From contig NC_042998.1 in NCBI RefSeq assembly GCF_006345805.1, positions 37,882,001 through 37,946,000 of the forward strand: a stretch of DNA of 64,000 bases, read 5' to 3'. The notes beneath the pieces are model-generated. The model saw only the letters and a list, made by a program, of their open reading frames with translations, was not told the DNA's origin and ran no database searches. Source of the DNA: Octopus sinensis (Eukaryota). Below, piece after piece: positions 51,660 through 64,000 of this stretch. Each line of letters begins with the position of its first letter. Within the stretch, counting starts at the first letter, position 1. Position numbers and translations under genes: made by a program.

Positions 51660-51930
51660 TACTGGCGCATTTAAATATCAATATCCTCTGAGAAACGAAG
51701 TCTTAATGATTAAAATACGCTAAGCACATAAAACACACAGAGAGAACATGCAGAAACATAGCAAAGTTGCACATATTCAAAATAAACTATATCGTACAAA
51801 AATCGAAACAAGTTTGAAATTATTTAATATTCCAAGAATAATAAAATCGAATTTAGAATGAATTCCAGTGAATCAGGATTACTATTTTCACCACTCAATA
51901 TTTCTATAATTTTTATTGGAATAGTTTTTT

Positions 51931-52109
51931 TTTCACATGTTTCAGGCATTAGTCTGCGGCCATGCTGGGGCAGCGCCTTGTCGAATTTTAGTCTTATTAA
52001 TTTTCTTTTTGTAAAACCTGGTACTCATTTTATCGGTCTCGTTTGCTGAACTGCTAAGTTACGGGCATGTAAACACACAAACGCCGGTTGTCAACCGGCA
52101 GTGGGAGGA

Positions 52110-52146
<37 letters not shown>

Positions 52147-52284
52147 CACGACAGGTTTCATTCGGTTTCCGTTTACCAAATCCACTCACCAGTCTTTGGA
52201 GGCCCGAAGACATATGCTCCACTGCACAGAACTCGGAACCACGTTTTTGGGAGGCAAACCTCGCAGCACATAAACACTCCTGAG
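51931..52284 (-). mobile_element. SINE family B
   Basis: Tail, (CA)n/(TA)n, body and degenerate head. Confidence 0.75.
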
Positions 52285-52603
52285 CTTATGTTCTTTAAAA
52301 ATGTTCTTTGGAATATTCTATTATATGAGCAGGATTGCTTGAAGAAACCTGTTGGTAGTTGCTGAAATTCTGACGAATGTTCGTTTGAGTGAAGATATAT
52401 CAAATCGTAGCGAATGCTAATATATATATATATATATATATATATCGAAGTGGCTTGAGATCGAACTTTCAAAGCACTTTATCACCAGCTTTTCTATTTT
52501 CATTTAGTGTTCCAGCCAAGAACCATAGATACACGTTTAGTTTTGCTAGTTGTAATTTGGAATTTTAAGTTCCATAATTTCACTTTAATATTAATACGCA
52601 ATA

Positions 52604-52800
52604 AGGCGGTGAGCTGGCAGAATCGTTAGTACGGCGGGCGAAAGGCTTAGCGACATTTCGTCCGTTACTACATTCTGTGTTCAAATTCCGCCACGATCGA
52701 CTTTATTTTTTGTCCTTTTGGGGTCGATAAAGAAAGTATCAGTTGAGCACTGGATCGATCTAATCGACTTAAGAAATTACTAGCTTGTGCCCAAATTTGA
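52604..52800 (+). mobile_element. SINE family A
   Basis: aaggcggtgagctggcagaatcgttag...gttcaaattccgcc...ggggtcgataaa. Confidence 0.8.
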
Positions 52801-53431
52801 TGCGAATATCAGTTGGATTTTATGGATTCTCTGGAAGATACAGAATTTCCGCTTGATATTTTGAGCATGATATCAATTTGGGTGGACACCTCTGCTACAT
52901 TCAAAAGCAACTCAGTTTTTCTCCTATGCAATCTTAACTAACAACAGTACTATCTTCATTCGAAATTACACACACACACACATACAGGATGTTTGTCGAG
53001 TGGTGGAACTCAAAATAGTCGAGATGTGACTGAAATGGAATTCCGATTCCCACGTGGTTTCTGGTATCAATGTTTCTGTGAAATCATTTTTTTTAAGTTT
53101 AGAAATCTTCCAGATTATAATATTTACCGAACATATTCTTACCATATTTACAGAACAACATTCGTACACTGTTACAATCATTTTGTCCTGTGATGTTGCT
53201 CAAATCTTCAAACAATAAATAGAGAGAAAAACGCTTGTAAGAGAACTGTCCGAATAGTTTATTTCATTAAGCCATGTGTATCATTTTATGGTCCCCCGCG
53301 TATAACTCAGCCAATACCAAGGAAATTGTAACACTCAATGCTACAGTTAATATAAATACTTTCTATGTGTACACTTAAATGTATCCCTGCTTGCCACTGC
53401 CATTCCCTCTATTGTTACACACATATACATG

Positions 53432-53520
<89 letters not shown>

Positions 53521-53527
53521 CTATACA

Positions 53528-53577
<50 letters not shown>

Positions 53578-53595
53578 TATATAAAATATATATAT

Positions 53596-53905
53596 ATAAA
53601 TGCAAAATGGGACAAGAACGCAAAACACTCAAATAGATGACACAAAAAACGGACGCGTCATTCGAAGCCTCTAATCTTCAGTCAGGAACCGGATCATCCT
53701 CGCAATTTCGGCTGATTAATCTTGAGATCGCTCCGATCCGGCCAGCCCCAAGGAAAAACTAAGCTACGAGTATTAGATTTCTTGGAAAAAGGATCGAATG
53801 TATACGAAACAAGGACAGAAAAACGGACGATACCACACGAATATAAATACAAAAAACAATAATAGTAATAACAGGACAAAAACAGCGGGTGTCTTACGAC
53901 TTTAG
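53596..53905. mobile_element. (TA)n-adjacent interspersed element; partial second copy at 54393-54450
   Basis: aaatgcaaaatgggacaagaacgcaaaacactcaaatag...aaaacggacgc recurs at 54393. Contains tcgaagcc...tcttcag, a degenerate reverse CTGAAGA...CGAA motif. Confidence 0.5.
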
Positions 53906-54359
53906 ACATTTCAACTTTAGCTTAGCTGGCGTATATGGAAAAAAATGCCTTTACGGCAGACGAAGAAATCGATGTTGTCGTGGCGGTGCTCAGAAGCCGA
54001 AAGGCTAGTTAACCGGCGGTCACGTGAGAGGAGAAGAGAGAGAAAAAAAGGGCAAAGGAATCAAAGAGAGAGAGAGAAAAAGAGGGACGAAGGCACCAAA
54101 GGGGGAGGAAGAAGAGAGAGAAAGAAGGAATTAAAGAGGGGAGAAGAAAGAGAGCGTGCCAAGAATTGGCTTGACGACAGAATCAGTGAGGTGCAAAGTG
54201 AGAAAGACAGAGAAATGTGAGATAGTGGGGGAAGAGGCGAGAAAAGAGGAAGACAGAGACTAGTGAAGTATAGAGAAAGTATGTAGAAGTCGTACAGTAG
54301 TGGAATGCTTACAAACATAAGAGAACAAGACATACGTTACGACGCTATAAAAAATGTAT

Positions 54360-54397
<38 letters not shown>

Positions 54398-54447
54398 CAA
54401 AATGAGACAAGAACGCAAAACACTCAAATAGACGATACAGAAAACGG

Positions 54448-54548
54448 ACGCATGCATACATGCATACATACATACATACATACATACATACATACATACA
54501 TACATACATACATACATGCATGCATGCATACATACATACATACATACA

Positions 54549-54581
<33 letters not shown>

Positions 54582-55042
54582 GCATGCATGCATACATACA
54601 TACATACATACATACATACATACATGCATGCATGTATACATACATGCATGCATACAATACATACATACATACATACATGCATGCATGCATACATACATAC
54701 ATACATGCATGCATACAATACATACATACATTCATTCATAATACATGCATGCATGCAAACATGCATACATGCATGCATGCATACATGCATGCATGCATAC
54801 ATACATACATATATGCATGCATGCACGCATACATACATACATACATACATACATGCATACATGCATTCATGCGTGCATACATACATACATACATACATAC
54901 ATACATGCATGCATACATACATACATACATACATACATACATACATACATACATACATACATACATACATGCATGCATACATACATACATACATACATAC
55001 ATACATACATACATACATACATACATACATACATGCATACAT
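54448..55042. repeat. (TACA/TGCA)n tetranucleotide array
   Basis: Directly visible; source of the HTYI/CMYV ORFs. Confidence 0.96.
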
Positions 55043-56569
55043 ACTCAAAGTCGTATTCATCAAAGACAAGGCCAATGTCGAAAGGCTAGAGGAATATATA
55101 TAATAATACACAATTATGGAGATTAACTAGATTTAAAAACAATTCATGGCATTTATCTTGAAATTATTGCTCCATGATTTGATTTAACACAAAATTCTTC
55201 CACCGCTCTCAGACGAAAGAATAAATTTAAATAATATAATTTCATAAGAATTTGAAGTAATATTTGCACTTGCGCCTTATGTCTTTTCTGTTATCATCCT
55301 TCAGATAGTTAATTCAACTGGGATAAGTTTTCATATGCTTATTCCGTTGATTAACGTTCGGCACTTGTTTATGCACGAAAGTGTTTAAAGACTACAAATA
55401 CGCACAAAATACAACATCGATTTATTTTATAGTGATTTCTTTTAATCCTCTGGCCAAAATCTTATGAATATGAATTATTGAATGGCCAGGGAATATGAAT
55501 TACGCAATCAACTTCATTATAGTACAGTTCTTTCTGCTATAAGTCGCCGTACATTCAGAGCTGAGTGCTTGTGCATCTGCTTATATTTTCATCATAAAAT
55601 GAAGTATATGTTTATTTCGGAAATCATATAAATATGAGTCGTTATGATGGAAGCAGAGAGGAAAACTGTAAAGCTGCTTGTCTGCACGAAGCTATTATTT
55701 CAGATATTTCATTTGATGCATAAAAGTTGTGCAATAAAATAAAGTGTTTCTCAGTTGCACACGTTTCAGTGTAGGTTTAATGATATAAAGGGAGCTGTTA
55801 CGAGTTGCGTGTCGCAATATATATTCCACCATATTGTATACAAAATAGATTGGAGTTTATCAAGAAGCGAACGTGCCTCTGTAAATTTGATTGAAAAATA
55901 TATTAATATTTATTTTTCACGTCTCCTTCCTAAACATTGATCGAAAGGAAAATTAGCGTATCAGTTACACGTCTTATCTCCCCCACACGGCTCATCTCCA
56001 TTTTACACTTAATTGAAATATATACATAGCGTTGCTAAAATGCAAAAGTATTGTAAGTCCAAAACGTTGCTTTTTTCAGAAAACGAAAAAAATAGTTTCA
56101 CCGTTCCATTTCTTTTTACATTAGCAACAGTTTCAGATTAACAATATTACTTTGTTGGGTGCATAAAATCCTAACTCCATGCATGTATGATATTTTCAGT
56201 CAGAAATATTTTTGCAAAACTGTCGTATGTGGGACTTACTACACTTTGGAAAAAAATGCTAAACCGTTGTACTACACTTTGTCAATTCTTATATCTTGAC
56301 ATCTGATGAAGCTGGAGATACGATAGTTTGATCATAAGAACCGGCTGTTGTTAGCAAAATTAAATATTGAAAAAAAAAACGCCTTTGGCCAAATTTGGAC
56401 ATACGGCAGATTAAATTAAAAGCAACCTATATATAGGAGATGTGTGTGGGTGTGTGTGTTAACGGTTTTATTTCATCTTTTTTTTTCAGGTAAACGTTAA
56501 CATATTGGTGAACAGCCGTCTCCATTGGATGGCATACAGATTAAAATTGTAGTTGAGAAAAAGTTAGCT

Positions 56570-58645
56570 GGCATGGGGGACTGGAAGCCATCTGAATATC
56601 GGAGAAGAATTTTGTGTCATGGTGATTCGTACGAGGTGTCAAAATGCCGATATCGTTGCTACTGATGAGTGTTCTGTGAACACCTTGTAAAACATGGACA
56701 GCTTTATGCAGCAGGAAGGGACACAGCAAGTACTCTGATTGCGTCTGCAAGCCGTAATTTATTCAGGAACTACAGTAAAGAGTCTTAGGCGCAATGCAGA
56801 CGATTGTGTGAAGATGCTGGAAACTATGGCGAAATCATTGCTGAAGTGGGTTACAGCTGAAAGGTCATGTCTGTGGCAGCAGGATTCGGAAAGAGTCAGA
56901 AGTGGCTATCGGAGGACTTCCAGCACTTCACCAGCCCTGATTTCTGGCTTCCGAACTCCCCACAATGAAATCCCATGGAATACACAGCGTGGTGTGTTGT
57001 TGAGAAAGACACCAATAGCTCTGCCTGTAACACCAAGGACAATCTTGTGGACAACAAAATCAAGGAGGTGTTCGAAGATTTTCCCAAGACATCAGAAACT
57101 GAGAGTGGCTTCCCTGAGTAAATGAAACTGAGTGTGGCTTCCCTGAGTAAATGAAATTGAGGGTGGCTTCCCTGAGTAAATGAAATTGAGGGTGGCTTCC
57201 CTGAGTAAATGAAACTGAGGGTAGCTTCCCTGAGTAAATGAAACTGAGGGTGGCTTCCCTGAGTAAATGAAACAGAGGGTGGCTTCCCTGAGTAAATGAA
57301 ACTGAGTGTGGCTTCCCTGAGTAAATGAAACTGAGGGTGGCTTCCCCGAGTAAATGAAACTGAGAGTGGCTTCCCTGAGTAAATGAAACTGAGGGTGGCT
57401 TCCCTGAGTAAATGAAACTGAGTGTGGCTTCCCTGAGTAAATGAAACTGAGGGTGGCTTCCCTGTGTGAATGAAACTGAGGGTGGCTTCCCTGAGTAAAT
57501 GAAACTGAGGGTGGCTTCCCTGAGTAAATGAAACTGTGGCTTCCCTGAGTAAATGAAACTGAGGGTGGCTTCTCTGAGTAAATGAAACTGAGTGTGGCTT
57601 CCCTGAGTAAATGAAACTGTGGCTTCCCTGAGTAAATGAAACTGAGGGTGGCTTCTCTGAGTAAATGAAACTGAGGGTGGCTTCCCTGAGTAAATGAAAT
57701 TGAGGGTGGCTTCCTTGAGTAAATGAAACTGAGGGTGGCTTCTCTGAGTAAATGAAACTGAGGGTGGCTTCCCTGAGTAAATGAAACTGAGTGTGGCTTC
57801 CCTGAGTAAATGAAATTGAGGGTGGCTTCCCTGAGTAAATGAAACTGAGGGTGGCTTCCTTGAGTAAATGAAACTGAGGGTGGCTTCCCTGAGTAAATGA
57901 AACTGAGGGTGGTTTCCCTGAGCAAATGAAATTGAGGGTGGCTTCCCTGAGTAAATGAAATTGAGGGTGGCTTCCCTGAGTAAATGAAACTGAGGGTGGC
58001 TTCCCTGAGTAAATGAAACTGAGGGTGGCTTCCCTGAGTAAATGAAACAGAGGGTGGCTTCCCTGAGTAAATGAAACTGAGTGTGGCTTCCCTGAGTAAA
58101 TGAAACTGAGGGTGGCTTCCCCGAGTAAATGAAACTGAGAGTGGCTTCCCTGAGTAAATGAAACTGAGGGTGGCTTCCCTGAGTAAATGAAACTGTGGCT
58201 TCCCTGAGTAAATGAAACTGAGGGTGGCTTCCCTGTGTGAATGAAACTGAGGGTGGCTTCCCTGAGTAAATGAAACTGAGTGTGGCTTCCCTGAGTAAAT
58301 GAAACTGTGGCTTCCCTGAGTAAATGAAACTGAGGGTGGCTTCTCTGAGTAAATGAAACTGAGGGTGGCTTCCCTGAGTAAATGAAACTGAGTGTGGCTT
58401 CCCTGAGTAAATGAAACTGAGGGTGGCTTCCCTGAGTAAATGAAACTGAGTGTGGCTTCCCTGAGTAAATGAAACTGAGGGAGGCTTCCCTGAGTAAATG
58501 AAACTGAGAGTGGCTTTCCTAAGTAAACTGTTATCGGTTAGCTATGATGTATCTGATATATTTTGATTCATTAAGAATAATTTTACTTTGGGTGGGATAT
58601 TGTGCTCATTTTTCTTTAATGGAAAACAGTCAAATTTAGCCCGAA
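56570..58645 (+). mobile_element. Internally deleted Tc1/mariner (maT/DD37D-like) relic interrupted by a minisatellite
   Basis: Across frameshifts: WQQDS, KSQKWLSEDF..FTSPDFW.PNSP..NPME...W..VEK...CNTK...KIKEVFEDFPK. Non-repeat 3' sequence resumes after 58527 and ends cccgaacacactg, a possible TIR. Clade assigned from recalled motifs because a deletion prevents counting the spacing. Confidence 0.68.
57094..58527. repeat. 29-bp minisatellite, ~50 units, consensus gaaactgagggtggcttccctgagtaaat
   Basis: Period 29 (for example aatgaaa at 57121 and 57150), contiguous units with no spacers, occasional 25-bp deletion units. Confidence 0.97.
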
Positions 58646-59504
58646 CACACTGTGTGTGTGCACGTGTGCCGGTGTGAATGAGTACTTATGTGCGCATGCG
58701 TGCGTTTGTACGTACAGGTATGGATGAATGTACACTCAATTTCTTTCCTTTTTAGATAGCATCACCTGTATCTTTTTACATGATTTTCCTTTTTGATATC
58801 CGGGCATTAAAACGAGTTTTATGAATTATAAAAAATATTGGTAACTTCTAACAACGTTGTCATTTCTCGCTTTTTCAGAATTTTCTATAACTCATTTCGT
58901 CTCTTCTCAAATCGACATAAGTTCTTCTGCAACTCTTAGGAATGTTTCATTCCGTCATTGTTGTCTTAACCGAGAAATTCGAAAGAGCCACTTGTGAAGG
59001 ATTCTCTTGCAATGAAATAATAACCACTCTAATACCACGAACTATTGACACTTGTTTCTGCTCTTCAATGCCGACTTACACACACATATACACACACATA
59101 TACACACGCGCGTATGCACAGAAATATGCGCTGGTCTTTGTGTGTGTGCGTGTGTAGTTTATGTATGCTAAAAGAAATCAGTTCCTACACACGTTTAGTT
59201 TTTTAACTTCATGTTAATCTTTGAATCCCAAAACGTCGAAGAAAACAGACTTTACACATGATTATAATAAATATGCTGTAATTTCTTTCTTCCTTAGCTT
59301 TCTAAAGATTTCGTAAACAGAACAGCGTGTAATGTCTTCAGATACGATTGTAATTTTATAACAGGGGAATTATATTTCAAATGTGAGCATTTATCAGTAA
59401 CAATTAACGAGAATTGATAACACTAAACTATGGCTTCTGATATCGATTTCTAACATGGGGAGAAGGTTTCATATGGTTTCCCATACTGAAATGCGACAGA
59501 ATTA

Positions 59505-59762
59505 TTCTGTCTTAAGAGAATTGACGAAATGGTTTCAAGAATTCCAAAGTTATGTTTATATTCATCGGTAAAAGACCGACTGCAAGGAAGTTCAGTATGC
59601 GCATGCGTGTGTGCGTGTCTGCGAGTGGGTATGTAATGCACTCGTAGACATTCGAACATATGCACACGTAAGCCACATACAAATACAGACACAGACACAC
59701 AACCACACATGTACGTACATATGTGTGTGTATATGTTTGTGTGTACACACACACACGCACAC
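59505..59762 (+). repeat. ~250-bp direct duplicate of 61528-61772
   Basis: Shared gtttatattcatcggtaaaagaccgactgc...gcgagtgggtatgtaatgcactcg...cacgtaagccacatacaaatacagacacagacac. Confidence 0.9.
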
Positions 59763-60449
59763 ATAGTCACACACGTATGTGATGTCTTTATTTGGCACTA
59801 CGGCCATAACACTGAGGGGACAGCACAAAGACAGACAGAACAGCACATTAGGGGCAAAAACATAAAACGAATGAGAAATGGTAAAAATGTACAATGAAAT
59901 TGATGGTGATCAAATGGCTGCATGCGCCCCACTCGTTCTTACTGTCCGTTTATAATCTTTTTCAGTGTTTTTTTTCGTATTAGCATATTTTTGTTTTACT
60001 TTTTTCCTATTTCTCTTCCCATTTTTAAACCACAATTTATTCTCTTTTTTTAATTCCTTATATATGGCTCTATTTCTCTTAGTTCCCCTACTGGCGGTTG
60101 TGCATCGAACTCCACCACGAATCCTAATGGTTCAACATTACATTTTTCTTTCAACCTGCCATACTTTTCCTCGTCTATCAAAATTGCTTTCACACTTACA
60201 CGTATTGATTTGAATCCTGTAGCCGATACAATTTTATGGCAAATAAACATTAGCTTTGTATAATATTTTAATAGCAGTTATATAATTTTCGTCATTAATT
60301 CATAATTCAATGAAAATTTTTTTTCTTTGCCATTATAGGATGCATCAAGCATTGGATCTGGTACCTTAATACGTTTAGGCATTCGTAGTATTAACACACC
60401 TACTACAGAAGTAGTTGAAGAGTTACCAGAGAAAGGAACAAAATACTTC

Positions 60450-60659
60450 ACTCTTTTACTTGTTTCAGTCATGCGACTGCGGCCATACTGGAGCACCGCT
60501 TTTAGTCGAGCAAATCGACCCCAAGACTTATTCTTTGTAAGCCCAGTACTTATTATATCGGTCTCTTTTGCCGAACCGCTAAGTTACGTGGACGTAAACA
60601 CACCAGCATCGGTTGTCAAGCGATGTTGGCGGGACAAACACAGACACACAAAAACACAC

Positions 60660-60752
<93 letters not shown>

Positions 60753-60917
60753 TATGACGAGCTTCTTTCCATTTCCGTCTACCAAATCCACTCACAAGGC
60801 TTTGGTCGGCCCGAGGCTATAGCAGAAGACACTTGCCCAAGGTGCCACGCAGTGGGACTGAAACCGGAACCATGTGATTGGTAAGCAAGCTACTTACCAC
60901 ACAGCCACTCCTACGCC
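60450..60917 (-). mobile_element. Full-length, well-preserved SINE family B with internal (CA)n(TA)n
   Basis: Near-exact reverse complement of 21203-21656. Confidence 0.9.
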
Positions 60918-61129
60918 TATCAAAATCTTTTCACGATGAAGTAAAATAGATTTGAAGATAACTGGCAACGCACTCACAGGTCATGGAGAAGGTATTGCGT
61001 TCAATTGGCTTCAAGAAATTTCTCTTAGATTCTCTATTTAAAATTTCATTAATCCACCGCTTGCTCCACGCCTCCTTCTCTCTCTCCCTCTGCTTACATA
61101 CGCACATATTTGCACATACATATACGTGT

Positions 61130-61131
61130 GA

Positions 61132-61229
<98 letters not shown>

Positions 61230-61240
61230 GTGTGTGTGTG
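61130..61240. repeat. (TG)n microsatellite
   Basis: Directly visible. Confidence 0.95.
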
Positions 61241-61527
61241 CTATTAAGAAAATATTATTTAATATGTATCGTTGTGATCACACGCCTTTACCGTTTATTG
61301 TCTTCTGTGAGACATTCGACTTCGGTCGTGTTGGGATATCCTCTTAGTGGAACGAATCGATCCCATTACTTATTCCATCCACCCTCTTCTCTACTGAGAA
61401 TCGAATGCTGAAGCTGGTGCATCACAATCAGAAATTTGTAATACTTCCTATGTTGACAGGTGCACTTCAGAGGAAGGTAGAAATGAAGTGGATAATTAGA
61501 CAGGTGTGTTGATCATTTGTGTCACAT

Positions 61528-61772
61528 TAAAGACGAAAATGATTTCAAGAATTCAAAATATATGTGTTTATATTCATCGGTAAAAGACCGACTGCGAGGT
61601 AGTTCAGTATGCGCATGTGTGTCTGCGTGTGTGCGAGTGGGTATGTAATGCACTCGCAGACATTCGCACATATACACACGTAAGCCACATACAAATACAG
61701 ACACAGACACGCAACCACACATATACGTACATATGTGTGTGTATGTGTTTGTGTGTACACACACACACACAC
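61528..61772 (+). repeat. ~250-bp direct duplicate of 59505-59762
   Basis: See partner copy. Confidence 0.9.
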
Positions 61773-61909
61773 AGGTAAAGCAAACTTTGTATTGATGGAA
61801 AATAGATTTTTTTCCATTTTGTTCCATGCACAAACTCAACTGATGATACTGCCTTTAGCGGTATTACCAATCGCCCTCTCCTTACCACGCACAAGACCAG
61901 ACAAATATT

Positions 61910-62106
61910 TCAAATATCTGGCACAAGGAGAAAGAGGATAAGCCGATTAAATCAACCGCAATGCTCAACTGATATTTATCTTATGGGTCCCAAACGGATG
62001 AAAGGCAAAGTCGCTCTCGGTGGAATTTGAACGCAAGACGTAAAGTCGGATGAAATGCTGTTAAAGATCCTGTCAGGTGTGCTAACGATTCTGCTCACTC
62101 CCCACT
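61910..62106 (-). mobile_element. Older SINE family A
   Basis: ggcacaagg...ggatgaaaggcaaagtcg...ggaatttgaacgc...gctaacgattctgct. Confidence 0.72.
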
Positions 62107-63119
62107 TTAACTAACCTTGATATATTAAAAATCTCCAGATGTGATAAAAATTTTATTATGTAATAAAAATAATATGAATATACATATATTTTTCTGATGT
62201 TGTTCTTGGCACAAATGAATGTTAAGAAAATTACAGAATAGGCTTCTGTGACTTTCATGCCTTTGCTATAGTAACATAAACAAATTGAAATTATGTCAAT
62301 GGAAACCGAAACGAAGTTCCGTTTGCGACTTGATGATAAATTCCCACAGAATCTCCAAAGTTCAACACTGAACAAGTATTTTCTATTGTATGATGTATGC
62401 ATGGTTTGTATGTTAGAGGAAGGTGGAAGCGTACTTCCTGCCTTGCTTTATTTACTTTGATTTCAAAGTAACGTGAAATGGATGATAAATTAAGATTCAA
62501 GCAAATACATAATACGTATAATGAAAGCTATTGTGTAGGTAAGACATGAAGCATAAAATAGAGACACTGATGAAAGGATTGCATGAAGCGATTTATAACA
62601 GCAGTCGCTGTATCTCGTGGAAATACAAGTCTTCTCATCAAAGGACCTCAGTAGCAAAGCAATTATTCTTTTTTGTGACACCATAAAATATAATTCGATT
62701 TACAGTAGGACTAATATTTTGCTTTAAAGTCTGCCAAACTTGCAGAAAATTGAAATTACGTATTAACTATGAAATAAATTGAAAATAAAATCAGACAATT
62801 ATTAATTATGCATAAAGAAATAGTTAACTCGCTGGGATTGAAGTGGAAAAATGCTTCTGGCTTGCTTCATGATAGGAGATCACTCTCTTATTTCTCTCAC
62901 TTCCATAATCCGAAATGACTCAAAGCTACTCTGCCGCTTGGATTTGTAGTGAAGAAAACTTACAAGTTCATTTTCATTTATCACCATAATCAATTTTATT
63001 TTCAAAATCATCATCAGAGGAATCGTTCTTGCTATTAATACATTTATCGATACCGTGAGGTCAGTGAGAGAATCGGTCAATATACTCAGCGAAATATCTT
63101 CTAACCGCATATATTCCAA

Positions 63120-63215
63120 GTTCAAAACCTGCCGAGGTAGTTGTTTACAGGGGTCGATCTAATCGACTGGCCCCTCTCTCCCCAAATTTCGGGCCTTGTG
63201 CCTAGAGTAGAAAAG
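63120..63215 (+). mobile_element. SINE family A 3' fragment
   Basis: ggggtcgatctaatcgactggcccc...tttcgggccttgtgcctagagtagaaaaga. Confidence 0.72.
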
Positions 63216-64000
63216 AAAATATATTGATTCAAAACTATACGTTGAAAGCTTCCTGACTTTTTAAGTAATAATCATAAAATAAAGTTATATGCAAGTAATA
63301 CTACGCACAATGTGTTGTGTCATTCTAATCACATATCTCTGGTACCGAACTAGAAATTGGTAAGTGCGATGAATTTCTCGGGGAAACTGAAGGCGGTAAG
63401 GTGGAATTAGCTGGTCTATTTCGGAGAACTTTTGCGTAGGAGTATGGAATTAGATCTGCACGCACTTGTACTGCATTAAACAATGATACAGAAACGTTTT
63501 GAAAAGCTGTTCTTGAGTGTAGTATGATGTTTAGCCATCTGCTGAATCTATCATGAGAATTCTTAAGAAAGTGTTTATATCATGTTCTTCTTTCGAGTTG
63601 TTATTCCAAAGAAACTGTCTGATGGGTATGGCTACAAGGATTTGGAACAGACAAGTTCCTGTTTGGTCAGGTACTCATCGACTTTTCGCGATCCACTTGG
63701 AAACAAGAGAGTAGAGAAGCTCGGGCTCACCCATAGAATCTTTTGTAAAATGGCTGAGGACTGTTGCAAAAATGGTTCTATTCTAAGCATGCGGTTGTAG
63801 GTAGGAAATACCTGATAGCCGGACTCTGCCATTAGTGGTCACTGTGTGCCTGGATACGAGGACGGGGTTCCATGAATGTCCTTAGTTGGAGGCGTTATTG
63901 TATCAAGAGGTCAGCCTCAACATGGGTTTATATAACTGTTGATTATCTGTAGGTTTCTCTCTCATCTCCCACAACTCTTCTTTTCTCACACCTTTTAAGG

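Noticed and set aside
57094-58527. CRISPR-like array, or a 277-aa repeat protein (ORF 57092-57925)
   Set aside because: Units are contiguous with no unique spacers and there are no cas genes. The ORF is the antisense translation of a 29-bp repeat that happens to lack stops.
63560-63960. 72-aa ORF and GC-richer stretch near the window end
   Set aside because: No recognisable motif, and stops in all extended frames.

Overview
Eukaryotic, AT-rich, repeat-saturated DNA. I can support no intact host gene, rRNA, true tRNA or CRISPR array; most listed ORFs are translations of microsatellites. The SINE families and (TA)n/(CA)n/(AAT)n/(TACA)n load resemble an octopus (coleoid cephalopod) genome, an inference from remembered repeat sequences that I have not verified. 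Recognisable content: four decayed Tc1/mariner transposons (mariner DD34D with TIRs, DD41D, an IR/DR Tc1, a maT-like copy), two R4/Dong-like RLE LINE fragments, a HERO-like RLE relic, L1/Tx1 and CR1-like fragments, a Penelope-like element (RT + GIY-YIG) with a hammerhead-shaped pLTR, many tRNA-derived SINEs, and tandem repeats. Most notable: (1) an (AAT)n array at 8.4-12.3 kb holding two Dong-like LINE lineages and three full-length copies of an unclassified 464-bp element; (2) a 29-bp minisatellite amplified from the last codons and stop of a transposase; (3) recurrent fold-back or template-switch products: a twin-priming-like inversion, locally templated inverted insertions, and near-perfect hairpins in (TA)n; (4) short (TA)n-embedded elements with minimal hammerhead cores. 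Coordinates and counts were read by hand and may be off by a few bases.
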